In this document: positions 36,547-49,462 of the stretch, one piece after another | Layout of the letters: every line of letters starts with the position of its first letter | Position numbering within the stretch: position 1 is the first letter of the stretch | Source: Iphione sp. A-MEVVRFRX5 | Lineage: Eukaryota | Direction of reading: 5' to 3' | NCBI GenBank assembly: GCA_976226885.1 | Contig: OZ320317.1 | Location: forward strand, 100,378,001-100,442,000 | Length of the DNA stretch: 64,000 bases | Made by a program: the position numbers and the translations under genes | Notes under the pieces: model-generated | What the model was told of the DNA's origin: nothing | Seen by the model: the letters and a program-made list of their open reading frames with translations, nothing else | Database searches by the model: none

Positions 36547-38927
36547 ATGCCTGAACACGGGGAAACAACCTGCTCAGCATGGCTGATATGTACAGCATGC
36601 TTTTTCATTCAAGCCATCATTGGTGGTCTCCTCTATTCCATGGGAGTTTTCTACATCATGTTTGAGGAAGCTTTAGGTGCTGACAAGAGTGCAGTAGCTC
36701 TCATATCTTCTCTCCATTACTGCATTTACTGCATCACAGGTATGCTTACATCCCTACGAAAAATTATGTGTTTTTTTTACCACCTTTGTTGATGATTTTC
36801 CTACACTACCTCAGCTTGGGAGGAACATATTTTTGAACAATTTTCGTTGCTTGCAAAAATTTTTTTTTTCATATAGGTCCTTTATCTGGTCTTCTTGTGG
36901 AGTACTTTGGGGAGCGTAGGATTGCCATATTTGGTTCAATCTTGTCCTCCTGTGGCATTGCACTGGGCTCTTTAGCAATGGAGGTAGGCTTTTAATACCT
37001 TGCTTATAACTTCTATATAATTATTCATTCATAATTGTTTTAAAATTCATAGAACCTACTCCAAAAGCTATTTATATCATACTGATACTGACCCTTTACT
37101 CCAAACACTCTCCAAACACCTTTGACGTTATGAATTATCAAACAGGTAAGCAAATAGCAGGCTAAGAAATCGTACATGATAGCAACAAAGAGATTGTTTC
37201 TAGAATAATTCCTATGAAGCCTCAGAAGCATCTTTTAGGGGGCCTTCATGTGTATCCATATTTTGCTACAGCTATGGGCCTGCAGACATGGAAAATTATC
37301 TGCATATGTGGCTGTATCTTTATTTATTTACTGCTCTAGATCTGTAGTAATAGCTGAGGAAACCATCTGGAACAGGTTCTCCATAGCTATGGATCAAATT
37401 TCCGTAGAAAACAATGGTGAAAAGACATCTGGTTAACATATGGAATTAATTAAAATAAACACAACTGAAGTTTTCCTACATCTCCTGACTGTTAGATGTG
37501 TTTTCCTATAGAAACATATGAAGAACCCCCTTCATCTCATTTTTCAGCTGATGCAGTTTTCTACTAGTTATTACCAAGAATATATTATGCATCTTGTACA
37601 GCAAAATGTAGTGTGATTTACAGACTGTCATTATTTACATGTAATTACTAAACCTGTTGGTTTCAACCTTCTTCTTGTCTAGGTCACACATCTCTACATT
37701 GCATACAGTGTCACCAATGCTGTAGGACTATCTCTGATAATCACCCCTTCACTTGCTATTCTTAACAAACACTTCCCAACAATGAAGAACTTAGCAAATG
37801 GCATCGTCTCCTGTGGAGTAGGCATTGGTGCATTAGCTTTCCCACCTGCCATCAGACTACTGGAGGGCATGTATGGCTGGAGGGGGGTTCTTCTGCTACT
37901 AGCAGGCATCAACCTACATATGGTTATCTGTGCTGCATTATTTAGACCAGTTTGTATTACCAAATATTGGCTGAGTAATTTACAGATCCAAGAAAATAAG
38001 GTGGTTGTGGCAAAAGCATCACTAGATCAGCCTAAAGAAACTTTGATACTTATTACACGGCTAAAATTATTTACTCAGATCAGATTCTCTTTTACTTGTA
38101 TACATTTTTTGGTTTTTACCTTCCCATTCTCCCTAATCTATACTCACCTAGGGGCCTATGTGTTATCCTTGGGTTTCTCTTCCAGACACTCAGTCCTAAT
38201 CTATATGATCATTGGTTTTATCACCCTGATATGTCGATTTCTTGTAGGTTTCATGGCCTACATTACTAAAGCTAATATATTCATTTTCCCACTGGTCAGT
38301 GCCTTTTTCCTTGGTATCATTACACTAGTACTACCCTTCTTTAATCCACTGTGGATGATATACATATATAGTGCTCTTTTTGGACTGTTCGGTGCACCAT
38401 TCAATTCCTTAACAATGCCAATATCTGCTGACTTAGTACCCTCAGAAATGCTTCCAACTTCGATAGGTGTGTTATTTTTGTTCTCTTCACCAGGAGCAAT
38501 TGCTGGGCCTCCTTTAGGTGGTAAGGCTCTTTAATTTTATGTTACATTTTCTGTCTGGTTTAAGATAAAGTTATCATGATATAATAATAAAGTAAAAATG
38601 CATACAATGGCTAATGCACTTATATGACAAAACACTAAAGTATGATAATTAACGAGAGTAATAAGTATCATAGATTCATCCTAAGATCATTATTTCATAA
38701 ATTTCAAATAAAAGAATGTCATATCTTGGTCTGATGCATTTTATCAGTAGTTTTTCATATCCAGTTATTGTTCTCCCCTTCCAGCTGTACTCTATAATCT
38801 GACAGGCCATTATTCTACTGCACTCTTTACGGCTGGTGGTTTGGCAATACTAGCAGCTATATCTTTGCTCCCAGTTCTTTTTGGAAAGAAAAACCTGAAT
38901 GCAAACTCCATGCAAAGTCACCTCTGA
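36547..38927 (+). CDS. SLC16/MCT-family MFS protein, copy 2; join(36547..36739,36877..36983,37683..38520,38785..38927), 426 aa
   Basis: Same splice sites and phases as copy 1; open frame; intron 1 much shorter (137 bp). Confidence 0.9.
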
Positions 38928-40628
38928 AGTGATATCTTGAGGGGGTTTCAAAGGAAATCAACTATACTATTTACTTATCATAGCCATTATTTTTAAGTCA
39001 GACCTGTTTTATGTATTCCTAATAATGGATCTTGATTCAGGTGTTATCCCAGTGTGTATTTCTTTAATTGTCTTGAGAGTCTCAGCTGTAGGAAAGTACT
39101 CAAGATCACAAATGTTGCAAAGTTGTTTAGTTTAGGTCTGTTTTAAACAGAGTACTAATAACTAGATGTAGATTACAGGTTCATTCAACAAAGATAATGG
39201 TTATGAGAACAGCCTATATAAATGTTCGTAATCTGCTGAAACATTTCACTGATGTTCAATTGTTAATAAGTGAGTATAGGCTTGATATTGTGGATATAAG
39301 CGAGACATGGCTGGATTCCAGTATTCCGGAAGTGGCCATTCACCTAGCAGGTTATTCAGAGTATAGAAAGGAAATGGGTGAATAGTAAATATAAGAAAGA
39401 TGGAGGGATGTTGTTATATGTTCATGATAATTTAATTCATAAAATCAAAGAGATAGATCTTGAACCAATGTCCGGTTACAATCATGACTTGATGGCCCTT
39501 CAGTATACTGATAAAATCCAGTCTTTCCTAATATAAGGATGCTATAGGCCACCAAGAGGGAGCATTTCAGGTTGTCTTAAGGATATTTTCTTTATTGTTT
39601 GTTCAGACAAGGCTGTAAATGCCAAAAATGTCATTGTACTGGGAGATTTGAATTTAGACATGTTGAAACCCTCAACAACTGGTAGAAATGATATTGATGA
39701 TTTCTTAATTGAGACATACAGTAAACAACATATCAGGTCAGCAACATGTATTACTTCCACCACTAAAACTTTGATTGATGTTACTATTAGTAATTTAGGG
39801 GACCTAGTAACAAGATGCTTGGTTCTCAAAACTTCGTTTAGCAATCATTGTACCATTTTGTGCGAAATAAACCCATTTGTCAATCTCACCCCTGAAATAC
39901 ATCATAGGTGGGTAAGAAAAGGAATCAACGCAGAGAATGCTGACTTTATTAGAAAGTCCAAACACATATATTTATTGCAGGAAGCGCAAAGATATAAAGT
40001 TGATGGTCGCAGGTATTGGTCGCATATGAAAAATTCACTTGGTCTAGCAAGACCACGCTCTGACCGTATTATACTTAAAGATGGTGGAAACACAATTGCT
40101 GATCAAGACATCCCAAACGTAATTAATTATTTCTTTCTCAGAATTGGCAAGAGAATAGCTGACAAATAAAAGGAATACAACACAACAACAATACCTGTGA
40201 TCAACCCGCCTCTTTGTCTAAATGGTATAATCATAACAGATGAAGATGTACTGGGAGTTTTTAAGGCCATAAATGTAACTAAGAAATCCCAACTGGGTGA
40301 AATACCAACTTGGCTTATCGAAAAAGTAATGACCCCATGTTCTGACATGTGGGCAGTGCTGTTTAGAGAAAGCATGGATACATGCACAATTCCAAATGGC
40401 TGCAAACTAGCACTAGTTAGGAAAGGAGGAAAGCGAGATTGTATTGAAAACTACGGCCCAATTAGTCTTCTCAATGTAATAGGCAAAATACTGGAAAGGG
40501 TGGTCTTTGGGAAGGTTATGGCATTTTTAAATGAGGGTAGATTACAGTATAGCGGACCCCTTGGCCGCCACCGCCGCCACCACCTCGACTATCTAGGTCA
40601 CTGGGTTGGTGGCGGCAGCAGCGGCAGC

Positions 40629-40660
40629 ACCGAACAAGAGGCACAGGTTCAAATCCCACC
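40629..40660 (+). other. tRNA-like 3' half with Pol III B-box
   Basis: GGTTCAAATCC at 40646-40656, next to the inner end of the left TIR. Confidence 0.55.
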
Positions 40661-40725
40661 TATGTCCCCTGACATTTTTCGTCTGTCGAGAGAACATACA
40701 CACACTCAACAGATCGATCCATCGT

Positions 40726-40875
40726 AGGGGGGTGTGGGGGGTTTCCCCCCACCATATTAAGTCCGGATTCATTAAAAAAGTGAAGGGGGGTGTGGGGGGT
40801 TCCCCCCACCACATTAAGTTTCATAAACAGAAAAAAAATGAAGGAGGGGGGTGTGGGGGGTTTCCCCCCACTCTA
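40726..40875. repeat. Three ~60-bp units containing a GGGGGTGTGGGGG(T)TTCCCCCC hairpin motif
   Basis: Direct sequence; inside the TIR element. Confidence 0.8.
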
Positions 40876-41030
40876 TTAAGTGAAGATTCTCATTCTTATG
40901 TTAAATGAACAGGTCTCCAGAGGTGTCCAAATCAGAAAATAATTTTGCAGTTTAATCCAATACATAAGTGTACACCAAGTAACACCCTCTTCTATACATG
41001 TACTCCCTCCCCTTCAAAGCCTTTAGTTGC

Positions 41031-41063
41031 GTCGCGGTGGTCCAGTGGTTAGAGTGCTCACCG
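41031..41063 (+). other. tRNA-like 5' half with Pol III A-box
   Basis: GCGGTGGTCCAGTGGTTAGAGTGCTC; A-box TGGTCCAGTGG at 41038-41048, next to the inner end of the right TIR. Confidence 0.6.
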
Positions 41064-41100
41064 CTGCAGCCGTCCTGGCTGCCGCCACTGCCACTTGACC

Positions 41101-42655
41101 TAAGGTTTCAAGGTTTCAAGGTTTCAAGGTTTATTGAGCCACCAAATTCACTTCATACAAAATGATATTTCATGAGGTTCTCAAAGCAAGAGCAACAATT
41201 AAAGGAAAGTAACTTTAGTACACAAATGTTAAATCACCAAATGTTAAATCACCATATTTGTACAAGAATATATTGGGTTTCAGTGTCAGTCTTCAGTTCA
41301 CCTTTTAGCTTTGTGCTCAGCATAGCACTCATTGGAGAGATAATACTTAAAACTTTGTCATAGTAGCAGCATAATACAAAACAATACAGATTGATTCAGC
41401 TTAGATAACCCTAATATGAGCCACACATTCCTCTTGCACACACTCATTCCTTGTGCATCATGGCAGCCTCCTCAGATATTGGGGATGCATACCATGCTCC
41501 ACATAGGCACTTATGTGCCCTCTACTCTCTCCTTCTTTTTCATCACTCAGATAGTTGAATGATGGACCTCACCTACATATATACTTCAGTGTCAGTTTTC
41601 AGTACACCTATTAACTTAGTGCCCACAATAGCACTTATTGGAGAGATAAAGCTTTGCCATAGCAGCAGTGTAATACAAGTCAATACAGGTTAATTGGCCT
41701 GAGATAACCCTAGTATTATCCACACATTCCTCTTGCACACACTCATTTCCTTGTGTATCATGGCAGCCTCCTCAGATATTTGGGATGCATACCATGCCTC
41801 CACATAGGCACTTAAACGCACTCTACACTCTCCCTTTTTGTTCACCACTCAGTTGAATGATGGACCTCACCTACACATACACACAACAACGACATCACTA
41901 ACATATACTCTGTCTCAAAATTGGTGAGTACCTACTTTGACCTACCCCACCATAGGTCTTGTTACATCAAGATTTCGCTAGCAGGCCTCTACTCTGTCTT
42001 ACTGACCTCTTAAATCGCGGCTTATCCAGTAGTCTTGTACTCAAGGGGAGATCATTCCAAACCTTTGTGCCTTTGTATACCAACCCATTTAAGTATACAC
42101 TATTCCTAGGTTTCTCTAATTTGAGCTCATTATTGACAGAAGCTCGTGTTCTCCTGCCCCCTATCTCATCAAAAACATTTAAACGTGTCAGATCATAGAA
42201 AAGCAGTGATATGTGATATCTCACTCTGTCTTTCACCCCAGCTACACTTTGTTCATTCATCCGCTCTCTTGCCTTTCCCCGGGATTGAAATCCTGTAAGG
42301 AAACACTGCTTTGTTGTATCATATAGAGCATTGTCCAGCTTCTCTAAGTTTTTATCTGTTGTTCCTATCAAAAATTCAATACAATCATTCAAAACCGATG
42401 CCACAAATGCATTATAGGCTAACAGCATTGTTCTTTTATCAAGTCCCCAGCTAGCCCTTGCTAGAAAGTAACTTTTCACCTTCATCTGTTTTATTTTATT
42501 GTCAGTCATGAGACCAAACTTCAGTTTCTCATCCAAATCATAACCCAAATATTTAAAATTTAGTTACCCCCACCTAACTCCAAGTCCAAGTTAAGTGATG
42601 ACGATTTACTAAAGCACATGTACTTTGATTTTTCAACATTAAGCCTCATACCCAC
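41101..42655 (-). mobile_element. LINE E: 5'-truncated LINE inserted in the right TIR; 3' UTR contains a ~306-bp tandem duplication
   Basis: Minus-strand GMRLNVEKSKYMCF, KYLG region, C-terminal RTRAS..LKLEKPRN..YKGTKVWNDLP; AATAAA then (CCTTGAAA)n tail at 41101-41135; duplication 41279-41584 / 41585-41880. Confidence 0.9.
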
Positions 42656-45600
42656 CCCCCGACACCTAGTAGACCTAGACCTAGTAAGAGGTGGAGGCAG
42701 TGGCGGTGACCAGGAGGGGTCCGCTAAACTGTAAGTGACCCTTAAATGATACTGATCAGCTGAGTTAGTTACAGCATTGATTTCGTGCCTCATGCTCAAC
42801 CAAGTTAGCCATTGCTGAAGTACTGAACAACTGTCATCGCCCCCTAAATGAGGGGCTATACGTCATTGGGTTGTTTGTGGATTTTAAAAAGGCATTTGAC
42901 TCAGTTGATCATGAGGTAAAAATGTCGAACATGGGCATCCGAGGTAAGTGCCTAAACTGGATACGTACCTACCTATCTAAGCGTAATCAAATTGTAGTAT
43001 GTAATAATGTTGAATCGCGAAAAGGTTACATCATGTGGAGTTCTTCAGGGGTCCATCCTTGGACCCCTGATGTTCCTCATGTTCATAAATGACTTTACAG
43101 AGTTAATAACTGATGGCTCTTGCACTCTATATGCAGACGATGTTGCTATAGTAATTAGTGACAAAACTATGGGTGGTCTGATGAAAAAAACGGAAAGAGT
43201 AGGGATAAGCCTATGGAACTGGTGCTTAATGTCCAAAATGTTAACTAAATGTGTTCCCTTCTCATACAATAGGAAACGTTTCTTGGCACTGGGCTCCAAT
43301 ATTAGCTTATCCCATCATGAAATAGAGGTGGTAAGAGAGATGAAATACTTGGGTATTTGGCTTGATCATAAGCTGTCCATGTCAAGCACCAATATCAGTA
43401 TTCTACGAAAAGTATACTCAAAGTACTTCTATTTTAGAAAAATAAGAAAATACCTAAATATATTCAATGCAGTAAATCTTGCAAGAACAATGTTACTACC
43501 AATCACAGAGTATTCAAGTATCATTAACACAAACACAACCTCAAGATCTTTCATAAAACTGCTCAGGCTGCGAAAATGCATCATAAATACAGCATTTGGT
43601 TGGAGAAGGTATACACTGACAGAAGTCAAGGGAGACTCAAGGAGAAAACCAAAAAGAGAAGGGTATAGAAGGTCGATTGAATACCAAAGCTCATTACTTC
43701 GGCAAAAACTTACAGATAACCTAACAGTCTGTAATAGGAAATGCTTTATTGAGCACTTAAAAGGTCTGAGCAGGAGATATCGTCTGTCCTTAAAGGTAGG
43801 TTAGGTATTGCTCTCAAAGAAAGCTATGTATGTGATTATTTAGTATACATTTGATGCAGATTATCAAACATCATGTGATGGAAACATGCACTGAGATAAA
43901 TTTCTCTAGTTGAATAGCACAAACTGTGCACGGAGCTATGCTGCTGCACGCATGCCATAATTCACACATGGAGCTATGCTGCTGTGTGCTACAAAATCCT
44001 ACATATACTGAATGAAAAAAACAGACTATGAGAACTAGTGTATGGAGCTCTGCTGCTGCACTTCTCTAATACGACACAAATGAAGCTATGCTGCTGAGTG
44101 TCAAAAGGACTGGACATACCTATATCATCGTTTTTCACAATACCTATCACCAAATGTGTTTTCATAGTAAGAATATAACTGGTTATTGGATAGTCATACA
44201 AATATTGTATTTAAAATCCAGAGAAAAATTAATAAAGATATAAAAAAAAACTGATCATGACAATTTAGAATCCTTTAGGTTGCTGATTGATTATTTCCAT
44301 AGGCTAATTGTGTTTGTAATTGTAATGGTGTAATCATACATCTTTTTCTTGCATGTGCAAAGCTTTTAATGTATAAATTGAAAGAGAGAAAAATAAACAT
44401 GATATATGTATGACAGGCATTTCACTTACACAAGAAAGTTATAAAATCATATGAAAATGGCAAATATTCCAAGACTTCATAAACTAACTACTTATTATAT
44501 GGATTTAAGGATTAGGTTAATTGCCCCTTATATGTGACAGCATTGCTACACAAACTTACAGCAGTTAACAACCCTAAATCCCAATGACAGCAAGGACTTT
44601 GCACTTAATACAACATTCAGGTTCATATAACACAAGGTTTGTCTTCGTATGTGGAAACCTAATCACCACTAAATAGAATGAGTTTCTTACCTCTTTGCTT
44701 TCAGACCTAGAGGGTGTAAACTTTATAGTTTTCTATTTGTAAGCCTATAGAATGATTAATGGCTTGGTTGTTAGAATGAAGGTACAAGTGTTTGGAGTAC
44801 TGTAAACAGGTCAAATGTATCCATTTTGATATACGATGTTCTAGAGTGAAGTGAAAAGGACCTACGTGACTTGCATAATGTCACTCTTGCCTACAAGTAC
44901 AAAATCACAATGTACAATAAACTCAAGACTGTCTGTGTCACTCGTGACAATAAATGGTACACCATACTTGTAGGTTCATTTTATCAGCCTTTATTCTTCA
45001 CAGCATCACAGCACAGTTTCAGTGTCAATGTACGTGAGACTGATCAGAGTGTCATTCTTTTGGCAAGATCAAATGCCTTGTTACTGTCAAATAGTTTTTC
45101 TCTCTCCTCTTTCTCTTATTCTCTTCTGTGCTCCCTCACTCTTTACTCATCACCATCTCTCTATCTTTGTTTCACTCTCACATGGTCCTTCTCTCAGTCT
45201 CTCCCTATCTTTACCCTCTCTCTGTTGCATACACTGCTAAAATACTGATTTAGCTTAATCAATCATCTAAGTCAAAACTAAGCCTTTTGACTATTCTCCA
45301 GTTGTTTGGTACTTAATTTTTTTTATCAGAAAATACAATGATTGTAGTTGTAGTTGTTGTGACATTTGGTATTTTGTGAAGTCTTATTTCCCGGGGTATT
45401 TTTTGATAGTAAAGAAAACTATAATTAGGAGAAACCAACAATAAATATCAAACTATCTAGCGCTTCTCTTCTAAAAAGCAATTATTATACTTTCTGGTGT
45501 AACTCATTTGTTGTATAAGAGGATTCTTTGCTTTTTCAAACGACATTATTTATTCATAAATCACTAATGACCCATTCTTGGAGAATTCAATATTTTCCAA

Positions 45601-45672
45601 TCCTCAGATGTCTCCGATTATTGTATCAAATGCAAATACATTTTAAAGTACAAAACTTTTTCATTTTGAATT

Positions 45673-45683
45673 CAAGATGGCGG
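45673..45683 (+). promoter_or_regulatory. YY1-type motif CAAGATGGCGG at the LINE C 5' end
   Basis: Matches the YY1 consensus found at the 5' end of L1-type internal promoters; begins a CpG-richer stretch 66 bp before the ORF1 ATG. Confidence 0.6.
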
Positions 45684-45738
45684 ACGAGTAGACACGTATC
45701 GCGATTGCTCTCCCGGTCGAACGTCAAAAAACTGTGTT

Positions 45739-47598
45739 ATGGGCCGCACATCTAACTCAAAAAGGGCATCCAATGAGGATACAAGGATGACATCTCATAG
45801 GTCCACGATGGAGATCTTGCTTGGTGGAACTAAGGATAAAAATCCCACTCGCATTAACCTGACTGGATCGTCAAGTTTGAATCCAACGGTCAAGCTGACC
45901 AAGCTGCCCATTACAGTCCTTGACAAGTATTCGAGCAGCCAACCACAATCAACGGTCAAACAAATCAAGTGGTCCAGTACGGTCATTGACAAGTATCCAA
46001 GCAGTCAACCACAATCAACTTTATATGGCAACGAGCCTTCAGGTGGTAAGTCTACGTCAAAATCAAACTGCAAAAATGGGCCATTGGATGTCTCAAGTGA
46101 TGAACCCTCGATCTTGTTAGACAAGACTGGATGTTCTGAGGAAAACATCTACAACTCGCCAATTGGTAGGAAATTTCTTGCTAACTCTACTTTTAACGTA
46201 GGTATCGATTCGGTGCACTCAAAAAATATTGACCCACCTGATGATAGCAGCATCCTGTTAAATATGAGTGACCCTATCTTATCCGCTTCGGTGGATGACG
46301 AATCAGCTGATTCAGTTGGGTCGCCGATACCAGGAGACTCTGTCAACACTGACAACAATAGTGGTTATTACCATTACATGGAATCTCTGAAGTCTGAAAT
46401 TATGCATGATATTCGTGATTTGATCTCGGAAGCTACACACAAGGTGGAGCAGTTGATCAAGGATGTAAGGGGAGAGATCTCAGCTCTCAAAAATGAGATA
46501 GGCATACTAAAAGTCCCACAGGATAGCACAACAAATACTGCGAATGCAAACATTGACAATGCGATCAATGACATTGACATCAAACTACGCTACTTGACTG
46601 ACTCAATTGAGAAAACTAAGCTCTCCCTAACAAGGCTAGAAATTAATGACAGAAACAGAAGGGTGGTGATTGAAGGTATTCCCAGCAAAGAGCGGTCAGG
46701 ACTTGGAAACTTTCTATACAATGTTTTCAACAAGATTGCAGGGCTTAAAAAACATGAGATTATCGACTGTCAAGTCTACAGTGAGAGCCAAGTTGGGCTC
46801 AGAGTGGGAGTTCTCCTCGACTCGATTGAGTCACGTAATAGTCTGTTACGCAGTAGATTCAATCTTCAAAAAGAGGAGGGGCTGAGAAAAATATTCATAA
46901 AAGAAGATCTCCCAAAATCAGCTATTGAAATGCACGCCAAGCAACAGAGGAGAGCGGCGAAAGCACATGGGCACAGAAATAAGGCCACTGTCAGAGGCAT
47001 CGACCTAATTATCGATGGTGACAAATTCACGCCCCTTGACACGCAATACCTACCTGGCTACTTGACTGACAACTCCTTGAATGCTATTATTACGGATAAC
47101 GAATATGCCTTTGACTGTGATAACACGCATTTCTCCCCTGAAATATGTGGGCCGATAATCCATGATGGTAAACAATACACGTCACCGGAAATGGCTCTGC
47201 ATGAATTGAGGTCACGTCTGGAATGAGACTTGAAACTAGAGCAAGCCCTGCATAATTGCGGAACCGTCATTGAGGCCAGACATGATAGTCGCCGTGCTAA
47301 AGGAACAGAAAGATGGGAATTGAATTCGAAGGCAATTCTATCACAAGTATATGATTATTACTTTTCGAAAAACAAATTAGCCCGTGAGGCCCTCCTTGCG
47401 ACTGGATCAAAGAATATAGTGTATGCGGACAGTAATGTTTAGCTTGGCACGAGGGCCCATATGGGGTCGGGCTCAGAGGGCGACTCAACTGATGCAAAAG
47501 GGAAAAACCTCGTAGGAGAGGCACTGATGGGGCTATGCAAGAGATACACTAAACAACAATCAACTCAGTATCATTACCGCTTGTGCGCAACTTGCTGA
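45739..47598 (+). pseudogene. LINE C ORF1 with in-frame C-terminal NADAR domain (two internal stops: 47224-47226, 47440-47442)
   Basis: Ser/Asp-rich N-terminus with a 66-nt internal repeat, coiled coil, RRVVIEGIP, IFIKEDLP, LIIDGDKF; then HFSPEICGPIIHDGKQYTSPEMAL...W...FSKNKLAREALLATGSKNIVYADS..GKNLVGEALMGL, all in one frame. Confidence 0.85.
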
Positions 47599-47684
47599 GC
47601 TCTGAACAAGTGATACTTATTATGATTTACTAGATTGGTTACTTTCGCTGATGTTACTGCTTCTTTTCTCACCCAGCGAGGATC

Positions 47685-48391
47685 ATGCGTTACCCGCCGT
47701 CGGTACGTGCGAGCCACTCAACCAGAATACTCGTCATCGCGGACACTCGTAGTTCGCCTGCTTTCAAGGAACTGGAGTCTCAGCTGCATCTACTCCCTCC
47801 AACCAACATCCACCTCATCACCCTGAAGCGGGCATCCTACAAAAACATAGCCCGCTGGTTGTCGTATACGGAGGTAGTGCGATATCACCTGGTATTGATT
47901 GCTGCTGGGATGTATGATTGGGTGAGAAAGGAATCTGGGCTTTGGGTGGTACATTCTGGCTCTCCTGCAGAATATGCCCGAAAGCTGGACTTCTACCTGG
48001 AGAAAATCCGCGGCCACTGTAGTGACATCGATGGTTCAGGCCCCCACTTGGTGCTATCATCTGCTGCTGGTGTTGACTTGGCGGGATTAGCTCCAGATAT
48101 CAGTGACGACATTGAGCAATTCAAGATTGACTGTGCAATCTCTATTCAAAACATGCGCTGTGATTCTTCCTCCAGTGAGATTGGTGCTGTCTCTCCTCAC
48201 CGGTTAGCATTCCAAGTGGTGGCTCGATTACCCACAACTTCGACCATCTACGCTCTGATGGTTTCAGACCGAAGGATGGCACACTAAATGAGTGGACATA
48301 TTCGGTCCGTCTATTCCTTCATGACTACATTAGGTTATATGGTCACTTCCACTTGGAGAACAATGGCCCCCTAGTGCATGTCCACTACTAA
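47685..48391 (+). pseudogene. LINE C stand-alone SGNH-like ORF (divergent; one frameshift)
   Basis: ILVIADTR (block I-like), LVLIAAGMYD (block III-like), shifted-frame HNFDHLRSDGFRP (block V-like); occupies the same position as in A and B. Confidence 0.65.
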
Positions 48392-49462
48392 AATATTCCT
48401 GTGTTACTTGTAACTCGAGGGCACCAATTTGTCCTATGAACTGCTCAGCTCAAGACTTATTTGCTGACCTAGACCAGGAGAGCAATGTCAGCAATGTCAG
48501 CATAGTCAATTTATTCCTGAGCCAGAGGATAACCCTCAGTTGACTTGAGAAGGAGTAGTTTATTGATTCTCTTTACACTTGCATTTGAGTTGTTTCTTTT
48601 CAACAAGTTTTCACACGCAATACATGTGATAGATCACTGAAAGCACTACTCAATTAGTATAAGGTGGATTCAACAGGTACAGAAATTGGTTTATTAATTA
48701 GTCTATTCATGTGTTATGTTATTTTGTCATGTAGCCCTCGAACCCATTGTCAGTACATGCCACCTCAGAAGGAACTAAGCTGCGTGATCCTTTCAGTGTT
48801 GCTAGGAATGTTAGCTTATCTGTGATCTCTACGCTTGTATCCGAGTTACCTTTAACCATACTATCTGTGCATAAGAAATATTCCTCAAAGTGTAATGAGT
48901 GTGTGCTATCTCTTTTTCTACCCTCATATCGCTAATCGTCTAATCAAGTATTTCCCAAACACACTAGTAGAAATATTTATCCCAGAGTGACTTACTCTCG
49001 TGCTTGATCGGTGTTCTGGTGAAGGTATTTTCTATTCATATCTCTATAATATATTCGACTTGTTTAATCAAAAAATTTTGCTACTACTCAATAGCATGTT
49101 AATCTGTATGCGTATGTAATTGTTTCTGTTACGAGCATAAAGGTAAACACAGTCAGGTAACAGAATTGTTGTCATATTTAATATTCTTTATTATCTGCCA
49201 ACAAGTAATTAATATACATTATCACTTGTCAACCAATATGATTACCCCCTTGTAATTATCTATTCTGATCTCGGACTTCCTAAGTTACTTTATAACTACC
49301 GTTGCACTTTCTTCCAATCGTGACTTATCGGATTGTTTGAATTATCATACTTAACTGCTGCCTATGAATCAATAAATGGTAGAAGCTCAACCTTCCTAAC
49401 CTGTGAGTTGATAGGCCTTATCTTGCCCACCCAACATATAAAAGGCCTGATATTACCCCAAG

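Larger units (their letters stand above)
40535..42741. mobile_element. TIR element with 8-bp TSD and ~100-bp GC-rich modular TIRs (superfamily unassigned)
   Basis: TTAAATGA duplicated at 40527-40534 and 42742-42749; left end GGGTAGATTACAGTATAGCGGACCCC vs reverse complement of right end GGGTCACTTACAGTTTAGCGGACCCC; removing it restores the LINE D RT. Confidence 0.88.
38941..44100 (+). mobile_element. LINE D: degraded APE-RT LINE, 5'-truncated just upstream of ORF2, split by a TIR element; boundaries approximate
   Basis: APE YINVRN/SETWL/GDLN/SNH at 39197-39900; RT up to KVMAFLN (40534), resuming at 42742 with LN(D)...QH*FRASCSTKLAI...LNEGLYVIGLFVDFKKAFDS, QGSILGP, YADD to 43804; GCTATGCTGCTG repeats in the 3' region. 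Confidence 0.85.

Noticed and set aside
40535-40908. ORFs with Gly/His/Ala-rich tails (40197..40727 C-terminus, 40593..40814, 40606..40908)
   Set aside because: Read-through into GC-rich TIR and G/C repeats, which lack stop codons.
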